From the NCBI GenBank assembly GCA_008932965.1, contig WBXG01000012.1:1-32000 (forward strand): a stretch of 32,000 nucleotides of DNA, in the 5' to 3' direction. Both the position numbers and the translations under genes were made by a program. This DNA is from Verrucomicrobiota bacterium (GTDB taxonomy: Bacteria; Verrucomicrobiota; Verrucomicrobiia; Chthoniobacterales; UBA6821). Positions 16,177-24,585 of the stretch are shown here, in pieces; position 1 is the first letter of the stretch, and every line of letters begins with the position of its first letter. The notes beneath the pieces were generated by a model. The model searched no databases and was not told the DNA's origin. It worked only from the letters and a program-made list of their open reading frames with translations.

Positions 16177-18258
16177 CTAAAATCGTATGCGACGTAGTCG
16201 AAGAGAGTTGGCAATAACAGAAAGAGAACTCAGACTCATAGCAGCGGCAGCGAGCATGGGGCTTAGCAGGAGGCCAAATAAAGGATAGAAAATTCCAGCT
16301 GCAATCGGAATACAAAGGATATTATAAGCGAAAGCAAAAAAAAGATTTTCTTTAATAACCTTCAAGATCTCACGACTAATTTTTATCGAAGAGACAATCC
16401 CTTCTAAAGAGGGGTTCAAAAGGATGATTCCTGCCGTTTCCTTTGCAATATCGGAGCCTAACCCCATCGCTATTGATGTTTCTGCTACAGCAAGTGCCGG
16501 GGCATCATTGATCCCATCACCCACCATAGCCGCATGAAACCCCTCCCTCTTCCAGGATGTGAAATGATCAGCTTTTGCCGATGGAGAAAGTTCCGCATAA
16601 AATCTAGTAATACCGAGCTCCCTAGCCACAGCCTCTGCTGTGCTTGTAGCATCGCCGGTAAGCATCACTGTCCGCACACCCAGAGCACTCAATTTTTGGA
16701 TAACAGTTTTAGCTGAGTCTCGAATAGTATCTCGAAAAATAAAGGCACCAGCAGGAATTCCCCCGACAGCTATGGCCACGAGCCCTTCACCAGGCTTTAG
16801 AGAAATCAAGTTCCATTGTTCGGGTGGCATACCACGGCCCTTAAGAAACTGAGGTGTTCCTAGCAGGAGCTCTTTTTCATCAACAACGGCACTTATCCCA
16901 CCTCCAGGGAAAGCTTTAAAAGAAGATGATTTCAAAATTGGAATTCCTTGATCTTGTGCATGGAGCAAAAGGGCTCTAGCAAGGGGATGTTCGCTTCCTT
17001 GTTCTGCTCCAGAGGCAAGTGCTAATAGATTTTTTTCTACAAAAGGATCGATTGTATGAATCGAGACTAGCTTGGGTTTTCCCTCGGTCAATGTGCCTGT
17101 CTTATCTAGAGCCAATAGATTTGTTGATGCCAGATTCTGAAGGGCAGAAGCAGAGCGAACGAGAATTCCGCATTGAGCTGCCTTGCCAATACCGACCATT
17201 AACGCCATCGGAGTGGCCAATCCCAAAGCACAGGGACAGGCAATCATAATCACTGCAACAGCAGCGTTCAGTGCATGAAAAAAATGGGGAGCAGGCCCTG
17301 CCATCATCCAGATTGCAAAGGTGAGGATGCTGATACCCATCACTATTGGAACAAAAAGAGCTGCCACACGATCCGATATTTGTTGGATGGGAGCCTGACT
17401 GCGCTGAGCTTGTGCTACCAAACTAATAATCTGTGAGAGAGCTGTATTAGTACCTGCATGGGAAACCTCAACCACAAGGCTACCTGAGGCATTGATCGTT
17501 CCAGCAGAAACGGGAGATCCATGGGATTTCTCTACAGGGAGTGCTTCTCCGGTTAACATCGACTCATCGATGGAGCTCTCTCCCTCAGAAACTATGCCAT
17601 CTGCTGGAATTTTGCTTCCAGGTAGAACCCTCAGATAATCCCCTACCTTTATTTCGGAAATAGGAATTTGATGATCTAACTCCCCCTCTTTTCCGACAAT
17701 CAGAGCCATAGGGGGAGTGAGATCAAGTAGTTCACGAAGGGCTGATCCAGCCTTAGCTCGCCCTCTGGACTCAAGCCATTGACCCATGAGTACCAGAACC
17801 ATCATCACCGTGGCTGCCTCGAAATAATAATCCTCTACAGGTGAACCTGCAGTGAAGAAACAACCTAAAAAGAGCATTGTAATACTGTAAAGAAAAGCAA
17901 CACCCGTCCCAAGAGTGATCAAGGAAAACATATTTAGAGAAGCGCTTTTAAAGGAACGAAACCCCTTTCTCCATACCTCACAGCCACACCAGAAAATAAC
18001 AGGAATTGAGAGAAGGCACTCGACTCCCCCTGCCATCCTTCCATGAAGCAAGGTGAGTCCGACCATAGGTCCCATAGCAAGAATAAGAACCGGAATTCCA
18101 AAAAGCAGTGAAATCCAAAATTGTTTTTTTAGAAGTGCAGATTCCGATTTCTCCTCACTGGGAATAACTGATTCGAGGCTCATCCCACACTTGGGGCAAT
18201 CACCCATGCTCTCCTGGAGTATTTCGGTGTGCATGGGGCAGGTATAAAGAGAACTCAT
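16177..18258 (-). CDS. copA: Copper-translocating P1B-type ATPase
   Basis: CPC in TM6 ([11 protein letters not shown]), [16 protein letters not shown]-terminal CPMH...CPKCGM metal-binding module. The start is placed at ATG 18256-18258; the ORF track uses TTG 18264. Confidence 0.9.
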   Translation of the reverse strand: MSSLYTCPMHTEILQESMGDCPKCGMSLESVIPSEEKSESALLKKQFWISLLFGIPVLILAMGPMVGLTLLHGRMAGGVECLLSIPVIFWCGCEVWRKGFRSFKSASLNMFSLITLGTGVAFLYSITMLFLGCFFTAGSPVEDYYFEAATVMMVLVLMGQWLESRGRAKAGSALRELLDLTPPMALIVGKEGELDHQIPISEIKVGDYLRVLPGSKIPADGIVSEGESSIDESMLTGEALPVEKSHGSPVSAGTINASGSLVVEVSHAGTNTALSQIISLVAQAQRSQAPIQQISDRVAALFVPIVMGISILTFAIWMMAGPAPHFFHALNAAVAVIMIACPCALGLATPMALMVGIGKAAQCGILVRSASALQNLASTNLLALDKTGTLTEGKPKLVSIHTIDPFVEKNLLALASGAEQGSEHPLARALLLHAQDQGIPILKSSSFKAFPGGGISAVVDEKELLLGTPQFLKGRGMPPEQWNLISLKPGEGLVAIAVGGIPAGAFIFRDTIRDSAKTVIQKLSALGVRTVMLTGDATSTAEAVARELGITRFYAELSPSAKADHFTSWKREGFHAAMVGDGINDAPALAVAETSIAMGLGSDIAKETAGIILLNPSLEGIVSSIKISREILKVIKENLFFAFAYNILCIPIAAGIFYPLFGLLLSPMLAAAAMSLSSLSVIANSLRLRRIRF

Positions 18259-18287
18259 TGTCAAAAAAATTCAAATTAGCAACAGAG

Positions 18288-18344
18288 AATTTCATCATGA
18301 AGTGACATGAGGTGCTATGCAAAGTTTATTAGTATAAGGAGGGG
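18288..18344 (+). mobile_element. Left-half fragment of a subfamily-B element
   Basis: By hand alignment to 31057-31113, about 46 of 57 positions are identical (AATTTCATCATGAAGTGACATGAGGTGCTATGCAAAGTTTATTAGTATAAGGAGGGG). It overlaps the last codons of comEC. Confidence 0.7.
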
Positions 18345-20677
18345 TAACCCGAAGCATTTAGAATCTCCCAATCTTTGTGATCCAAAAACTGATGTAATCT
18401 CACCCTATCTCTTAAAACCTCTAGAATGATTGCTCCTGTTTGCACCTGATCTAGCACGGTGATCCCAGATCCATAAAGGCTCGATTCCAGCTCTTGAAAT
18501 GAGGGACTGGAATGATGTTTTTTAAAAGGATCATTTCCCAAAATCACACAACGTGGTGCTACTGCTTTTATAAAGTCTTCCTCCATTTTTTTCTCCATCG
18601 ATGGAAAAAGAAGAATTGTCGCATGTAATTTCTCAAGTGAGCTATGTTCTAGCAGCCAGGTTTGAAGAGAAATCGAGGAATTAGGAATCCACAAAAGGCT
18701 TGCTTTGCCTAATTGAAACTTTAGGACAAGAGCAGAATCAGAAGAGCCAACAGGTGGATACAAAACTTCTGCAGAGCAGCTCGGAGAAAAATTCAGCTGA
18801 TCCCCCTCACGAAGAACTGTTAACTGCATACCTGATTCGCCGAGCTTTCTTAAAAAATGTTTGAACACAAAAGAATTTCCTTTTTCCTCAGAGGAGAAAA
18901 AAGAGGAGGGTTGAATCTCCTCTAAGAGGGGCACGAGACCGCCTATGGTGGCAGCTCTCTTTTCAGTAATCACGATTCCTTGAAGAGCTGATATTCCATT
19001 TTCTGCAAAAAAGGGAAGGAGGCAATGAGCTGCCTTGTTAGCATTTCCAGTATTGATCATCCATGCATTGCCCTCCACTTGGAGCATCGCAGCTTGTGCA
19101 ACAGGAAAATCAAAAATAGTAAGTTTTGGAGAGCGATTCATTGAAAAGCCAACTGAAAACGAAGTCAGAGGAAGCAGGCTGCATCCATGAACGACCATCA
19201 AGAGAATTTTGGCACAGAGCCAATTGCTATTATTAAAAACAGGTGCCACCCATGGAAAGAAGGGCGCAACAAGAACTGCTAAAACTGCAAGAGCAAGAAT
19301 TAAAAAGGCTATTGGAACAGCAATCACATTGGCCACCAAGGAAGAAAAAGAAAGAAGATGAAAATAAAAAAGTGTTGGAAGTAAAGAACCGATCCATGCG
19401 GCAGCAGAAACAGCCACAAGCTGAGTAAAGTGATGACACAAGTCATAGCGCCATTTCTGAAATGGGGTGATTATTCTTTTTGGAAGGAAAGGATCATGCT
19501 TGTAGAGCGGATGAAGTATTTTTTGAAATGGAGTTGCTAAAAAAAGAATAGAGAAGACCACGCAGAAGGAAAATTGCCACCCTATGGAAAAAAGAAGATT
19601 TGTTTGCGATAGGAGCAGACAAAAAGCTGCTGCTGCAAGGCTATTGATCATCTGGGGTCGTCGAGATACAAGAAAACCAATGAGAAAGAGGGAGCTCATG
19701 AAAGCCGCTCTAAGACTTCCAATTCGAAAGCCAGTGATGGCTACATAAAAAAAAAGAAGCGGAATCGTCACAAGAACAGCAGACCAACGTGGCAGCCGAA
19801 GCATTTTTAAAAAAAACCAAATAATGACCGCAAGCATCCCAACATGGAGTCCACTCACAGCAAAAAGATGCATTGTTCCAGTTAGTTTAAAATCATCTAT
19901 GAAATCAACAATTTCCTCTTCTTGAGAGCCAAGAGCAATAGCCTTAATAAGCTTCATCGCAGTAGAATCATCCGTGATCCCAAGAGTGATCCATTCTCCT
20001 ATCTTTTGGCGACACTCCAGAGCCATCCTCATGAGTTGATGGAGCTCCCCAGAGGAAAGAATACGACCTGGATCTGAGGGATCCATTCTAAGTTCAGTGA
20101 AGACTTCTTTGCGAGCTAGCCACGTTTTGGCATCAAACTCCCCTGGATTTCGTGGGCCTTGAGGGGAGATTGCCTGGGCTCTCAACGATACTCTCTCTCC
20201 ATATAGCAGAGGAGGTCCCTCCCAATGAACAAACATCGTCACTGGGAGAGTTAGCTCGGATATTCTATCTGTTTGGAGAAAAAATGAACTGTAATGATTT
20301 GAAGAGACCTTTACCTCACTAGCCACCCTCCCCTCTACAGCAATATCATCACCTCTTTTTTCTAAAAGAGAAGCAACCTGATATGCTGGAGATTCCTTCC
20401 ATTGCCATGCATGAAGAGTTGCAAAGCAGAGTGCAATAAAGAGAAAGAAGAGACCCTGCTCTATGATGCAGGAAAGGGGGTTTTTCCAAATGAAAAATAA
20501 AAGAACTCCTCCTAAGAGAAGACTCCCCAAAAAAATCCCCCAGCTTGGAAAAGAAAAAATCTCCTCTGTAAGAATCCCTACAATCGCTGCTAAGACGAGC
20601 CCTAGAAAAGGGAAACGCCTGTTCTTTAGTGAAAAAAAATCACTAAAACGAGAACAGGGCAGTAATGGCCATTTCAT
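18329..20677 (-). CDS. comEC: ComEC/Rec2 DNA internalisation channel protein
   Basis: Competence-domain motif HLFAVSGLHVG and many TM helices. The C-terminal region is metallo-beta-lactamase-like but lacks the canonical metal-binding motif (see findings). Confidence 0.85.
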   Translation of the reverse strand: MKWPLLPCSRFSDFFSLKNRRFPFLGLVLAAIVGILTEEIFSFPSWGIFLGSLLLGGVLLFFIWKNPLSCIIEQGLFFLFIALCFATLHAWQWKESPAYQVASLLEKRGDDIAVEGRVASEVKVSSNHYSSFFLQTDRISELTLPVTMFVHWEGPPLLYGERVSLRAQAISPQGPRNPGEFDAKTWLARKEVFTELRMDPSDPGRILSSGELHQLMRMALECRQKIGEWITLGITDDSTAMKLIKAIALGSQEEEIVDFIDDFKLTGTMHLFAVSGLHVGMLAVIIWFFLKMLRLPRWSAVLVTIPLLFFYVAITGFRIGSLRAAFMSSLFLIGFLVSRRPQMINSLAAAAFCLLLSQTNLLFSIGWQFSFCVVFSILFLATPFQKILHPLYKHDPFLPKRIITPFQKWRYDLCHHFTQLVAVSAAAWIGSLLPTLFYFHLLSFSSLVANVIAVPIAFLILALAVLAVLVAPFFPWVAPVFNNSNWLCAKILLMVVHGCSLLPLTSFSVGFSMNRSPKLTIFDFPVAQAAMLQVEGNAWMINTGNANKAAHCLLPFFAENGISALQGIVITEKRAATIGGLVPLLEEIQPSSFFSSEEKGNSFVFKHFLRKLGESGMQLTVLREGDQLNFSPSCSAEVLYPPVGSSDSALVLKFQLGKASLLWIPNSSISLQTWLLEHSSLEKLHATILLFPSMEKKMEEDFIKAVAPRCVILGNDPFKKHHSSPSFQELESSLYGSGITVLDQVQTGAIILEVLRDRVRLHQFLDHKDWEILNASGYPSLY

Positions 20678-20688
20678 TCGATATAAGG

Positions 20689-20750
20689 GACGCCGCTCTT
20701 CGCCGCCTCAGTAGAGACCTGGAGAATATCAAAAACCGTGTCGCAAACTC
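20689..20750 (+). repeat. 28-nt direct repeat copy 1 (20689-20716) plus 20-nt inverted-repeat arm a (20731-20750)
   Basis: GACGCCGCTCTTCGCCGCCTCAGTAGAG recurs exactly at 21013-21040. AAAAACCGTGTCGCAAACTC is the exact reverse complement of 21038-21057. Confidence 0.9.
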
Positions 20751-20780
20751 GCTGAGTCGGATGAAGAGCAAGGAGTCAAG

Positions 20781-20957
20781 ACCGAATATTTCATACTGAT
20801 CGTGACGAGGAGGCCGCGAAAGCTGATGGGGCAAGGCGAGCGATGAAGTCTGACGACGGCTGTGTGTGTACACACTGCCCGAGGAAGACTTCGAGCTCAA
20901 CGCAGCATCCATCTGACTTCCCGGCTTCCGCAGGTGATCAGTATGAAATATTCGGGC
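20781..20957 (+). mobile_element. MITE-like element, subfamily A, full length (177 nt)
   Basis: Perfect 20-bp arms 20782-20801 and 20936-20955. TA follows the right end. The left flank (CAAG) has diverged from TTAG. Confidence 0.85.
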
Positions 20958-21012
20958 TAAGAGCAGAGCCGAGGAGTGTATAGTTAATACACGACGAGGC
21001 GAGCACCGCAGC

Positions 21013-21057
21013 GACGCCGCTCTTCGCCGCCTCAGTAGAGTTTGCGACACGGTTTTT
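21013..21057 (+). repeat. 28-nt direct repeat copy 2 (21013-21040) overlapping 20-nt inverted-repeat arm b (21038-21057)
   Basis: Exact matches to 20689-20716 (direct) and 20731-20750 (inverted). It abuts the stop codon of the lipoprotein gene at 21058-21060. Confidence 0.9.
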
Positions 21058-21582
21058 TTAATTGAAAGAAAATGGGGAGTAACACGACTCCTCATACACC
21101 GAATCATACCAGTCATCAACAATCGGTTCATTGTAAAAGAACGGCTGCTTATCCTGATTTAACATGGAGTTAGCCCGTATATATTTTGGAACTTTGAAAC
21201 CCGAGGAGGCTGTTTTATTATTTCCATAAAAACCTTGAGTCTCGGTTAAATAATTAACTAACTCTCGTGAAGCTCCCATAGCGCGCAGGTGGTGAAGTTG
21301 CACATAGGTAAAATGATAAACAGCTTCGGTACTTCGCAAATATCCCACAATGACATAGGTAGGAACTTTGCTTTTCACTAGGTTCATGATATCGTCATAG
21401 TCTAAGTGCTGACCATGATTGATTTTATTACGTGTTACGGGGTAGACATCATGAGCGCTTACGATCGAGGTTACTTGAGGATCGACTGTCGGTCCATTGG
21501 CGCAACCGGCAATCAAAGTAAGAATTAATCCAGTAAGCATTAAAACAGCAGTCACTGTGAGCAGAGATATTGTACTCTTCAT
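21058..21582 (-). CDS. Hypothetical lipoprotein (174 aa)
   Basis: Signal peptide with lipobox LIAGC. No recognisable family motif. Confidence 0.7.
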   Translation of the reverse strand: MKSTISLLTVTAVLMLTGLILTLIAGCANGPTVDPQVTSIVSAHDVYPVTRNKINHGQHLDYDDIMNLVKSKVPTYVIVGYLRSTEAVYHFTYVQLHHLRAMGASRELVNYLTETQGFYGNNKTASSGFKVPKYIRANSMLNQDKQPFFYNEPIVDDWYDSVYEESCYSPFSFN

Positions 21583-21656
21583 TTGAAAAGAGCTATCCGG
21601 TTATCCCCTTTCAAGCAACCTAAATTCAATTTTGAGAATTATTTTCTCTCAAAAAC

Positions 21657-22430
21657 CTACCTTACAATCCCTCGTTTGCTATGGGAGATAAAGTCGATTA
21701 AGGCTAGCACTAAAAGGGATTGTTGGTATTTTTCGTGAAGAACCTCGAGAGCTTGAGCAGTATTGAGTGATCCACGATAGATGATTTTATAGGCCTCACG
21801 TAGATCACGAATCTCTGAAGAGCTCATTCCATGGCGTTCTAAGCCGATTTGATTAATACCGCGCACCTCTGCTGGGTTTCCATCAGCAATCATGAAGCTT
21901 GGAACATCCTGAACAATTTTGGTGCATCCTCCAATGATGGCATGTTGACCAACACGACAAAATTGATGGACTGCACTCAGACCTCCAAGCACAACATTAT
22001 CCTCGACACTCACATGCCCAGCAAGTGTTCCATTGTTAGAAAAAATCACATGATTTCCAACCACACAGTCATGAGCAATGTGGGCATATGCTAAAAAATT
22101 CCCATGGCTTCCAATAACTGTCTTTCCATGAGGAGCGGTAGCACGATTCACAGTGACACATTCTCGGAAGCAATTGTGATGACCAATTTCTAAAAAGGTC
22201 GGCTCCTCGGCGTATTTAAGATCTTGAGTCTGCTGTCCAATCGAAGAGAAAGGATAAAATTCATTGTGAGCACCGATTGTTGTCGATCCTGCAATGGTAA
22301 CATGATTATGGAGTGTGCAATGTTCTCCTATAACCACCCCAGATCCGATCACACAGTAAGGCCCAACACGAGTTCCAGAGCCGATCTTGGCACTTGAATC
22401 AATAATAGCTGTGGAATGAATGGAGGACAT
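21657..22430 (-). CDS. lpxA: Acyl-ACP--UDP-N-acetylglucosamine O-acyltransferase
   Basis: Left-handed beta-helix hexapeptide repeats through the N-terminal two-thirds and a helical C-terminal domain. Lies immediately downstream of lpxC-fabZ. Confidence 0.9.
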   Translation of the reverse strand: MSSIHSTAIIDSSAKIGSGTRVGPYCVIGSGVVIGEHCTLHNHVTIAGSTTIGAHNEFYPFSSIGQQTQDLKYAEEPTFLEIGHHNCFRECVTVNRATAPHGKTVIGSHGNFLAYAHIAHDCVVGNHVIFSNNGTLAGHVSVEDNVVLGGLSAVHQFCRVGQHAIIGGCTKIVQDVPSFMIADGNPAEVRGINQIGLERHGMSSSEIRDLREAYKIIYRGSLNTAQALEVLHEKYQQSLLVLALIDFISHSKRGIVR

Positions 22431-22433
22431 AAT

Positions 22434-23738
22434 TTATCGATTGACCAATCCAAAGAGGAGCTTGGCCTCAGAGACGATAGTCCCATTAACAATGCACTGA
22501 CAGGTTGCCGAGCCCATATTTTTTCGAGCACGCGTGAGCTCTGCATGAATGAAAAGAGTATCTCCAGGCACTACCGGTTTTCTAAACTTCACTTCATCAG
22601 CACTCATGAAGTAACCAATCTTTCCAGCATTTTCAGTCTTTCGCATCATGATAATACTCGCAACTTGTGCCATCGCCTCTACTTGAAGAACCCCTGGCAT
22701 GACAGGATGTCCTGGAAAATGTCCTTGGAAATAAGGTTCATTGATCGTCACATTTTTAACACCGATTGCTTTCATCAATCCATCAAACTCCACAATACGA
22801 TCTACCATTAAAAAGGGATAACGGTGTGGAAGGACCTTCATCACTTCATCAATATCTAATACCGGTAACGATGACGTCATAGGATGAGGTGCCATCGCCA
22901 AAAGTTCTGAATGACTCTTAGTAATAAGCCGGGCTAGTTCGGTATTGGGTCCATGCCCTGGTCGTATCGCAACAACATGCCCTTGTAAAGGACGTCCTAC
23001 GAGTGCCAGATCACCAATGATATCGAGAATTTTGTGCCTGACAAATTCGTCTGCAAAACGAAGAGGTTCCTTGCTTAAGACTGAATCGCCTCGTACGACC
23101 AAGGCATTCTCGATACTTCCCCCCTTGATGAGGCCTTTATCCATGAGCTCTTTGACCTCTTCATAAAAAACAAAGGTCCTAGCTGGAGCAATCTCCTTTT
23201 CATAAATTTCAGGGGTAATCTCAAGCGACAAATATTGTGTAAAGCGTCCTTGAGGTCCAACCTGAGTGCAGGAAATTCGAAATCCAGAGCCAGGAAAAAG
23301 AGTCATGATCGATCCGGTCTTAGACTCTAGATGAATAGGCTCGTTGACATCAAAAAGAGTTCGTTCCTCCTTCTGTTCTACGATGCCAGCACGTTTAATA
23401 AGATCAACATAGGGTAACGCACTTCCATCCCCAATAGGTGGCTCATTTGCATTCATTTCAATGAGAACATTGTCAACCCTCATCCCTGCAAGAGCTGATA
23501 GCACATGCTCCACCGTATGAATTTTTGCATTTCCTTCGACTAAGGTAGTAGCTCGCTCTACGGTTTTGACATGCTCGGCCTTAGCCTCGATCATGGGTTC
23601 ATCAGGTAAATCGATACGCCTGAATTTATAACCATGACCAGTAGGAGCTGGATGCAGGGTTAAGGTAACATGACCTCCTGTATGCAAAGTACCACCGGTA
23701 AGACAAACTGATTGGGCGAGTGTGCGCTGTTTTTCCAT
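22434..23738 (-). CDS. lpxC-fabZ: Bifunctional UDP-3-O-acyl-GlcNAc deacetylase / 3-hydroxyacyl-ACP dehydratase (LpxC-FabZ fusion)
   Basis: LpxC motifs HTVEHVLSAL and HKILDIIGDLAL in the N-terminal ~290 aa. FabZ motifs LPHRYPFLMVDRI and FQGHFPGHPVMPGVL in the C-terminal ~145 aa. Confidence 0.92.
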   Translation of the reverse strand: MEKQRTLAQSVCLTGGTLHTGGHVTLTLHPAPTGHGYKFRRIDLPDEPMIEAKAEHVKTVERATTLVEGNAKIHTVEHVLSALAGMRVDNVLIEMNANEPPIGDGSALPYVDLIKRAGIVEQKEERTLFDVNEPIHLESKTGSIMTLFPGSGFRISCTQVGPQGRFTQYLSLEITPEIYEKEIAPARTFVFYEEVKELMDKGLIKGGSIENALVVRGDSVLSKEPLRFADEFVRHKILDIIGDLALVGRPLQGHVVAIRPGHGPNTELARLITKSHSELLAMAPHPMTSSLPVLDIDEVMKVLPHRYPFLMVDRIVEFDGLMKAIGVKNVTINEPYFQGHFPGHPVMPGVLQVEAMAQVASIIMMRKTENAGKIGYFMSADEVKFRKPVVPGDTLFIHAELTRARKNMGSATCQCIVNGTIVSEAKLLFGLVNR

Positions 23739-23778
23739 AGTAATTAAAAAAAGATCCGGTGATTCTCTTCCAATTCCA

Positions 23779-24585
23779 ATGACTAATCAAGCAGACTTCC
23801 AGATTATTGCAGAAACCAAGGACCTTCTTATCATTAGCAAGCCCCCTTTTCTTCTCGTCCATCCCACCAAACCAGGAGGTCCTATCACCCTCTGGGATCG
23901 ACTCAAGGAACTTCTGGCTTATGAAACAACCACAGGTGGACAAGTCTCACTCATCAATCGACTCGACCGGGAAACAAGCGGCCTCATGCTAGTAGCTAAA
24001 AATTATCAAGCAGCCCGCTCTTGTTCTATGGCCATGGAGCAGGGAAAAATTAAAAAAGAATATTTAGCCCTTGTGATCGGATTTCTAGAACAAGAAGAGC
24101 AAACCATCGATACTCCGATTCTACGCCTTAGTGAGGTGGCTCCCTCCAAAGTTTGGCTTCAACGTGCCACCCATCCTCTTGGAATTCCTGCAATAACTCG
24201 TCTGCGTGTTGAAAAGAAATTCATTCATCCCAAGTATGGCCCATTGACACTACTCCGCTGCTTTCCTATCACAGGACGCACTCATCAGATTCGTGTGCAC
24301 CTTGCTTCTATCGGACATTCGGTCCTCGGTGACAAAATCTATGGCCCTTCCGAAGAATGCTACCTCGAATTTATTAAGACGGGTTGGACCGCAGCATTAG
24401 CACAAAAACTGTGGCTTCCACGTCATGCACTCCATTCAACAGCACTCGAGATTTTTTATGATGGAGTTGAGTATCGCTGGGAAGACTCCTTACCAGCTGA
24501 CCTAGCCCGGATATGCGGGCTAGACGATCAATCAAAGAGCGTTGGCCCCTCCTCCACTACCTGCTTTCTAGAGGCTCTTCTCTGA
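23779..24585 (+). CDS. RluA-family pseudouridine synthase
   Basis: Catalytic-Asp motif NRLDRETSGLML and HQIRVHLASIGHSVLGDKIYG. The start is placed at ATG 23779 to avoid overlap with the divergent lpxC-fabZ start; the ORF track begins at 23722. Confidence 0.85.
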   Translation: MTNQADFQIIAETKDLLIISKPPFLLVHPTKPGGPITLWDRLKELLAYETTTGGQVSLINRLDRETSGLMLVAKNYQAARSCSMAMEQGKIKKEYLALVIGFLEQEEQTIDTPILRLSEVAPSKVWLQRATHPLGIPAITRLRVEKKFIHPKYGPLTLLRCFPITGRTHQIRVHLASIGHSVLGDKIYGPSEECYLEFIKTGWTAALAQKLWLPRHALHSTALEIFYDGVEYRWEDSLPADLARICGLDDQSKSVGPSSTTCFLEALL

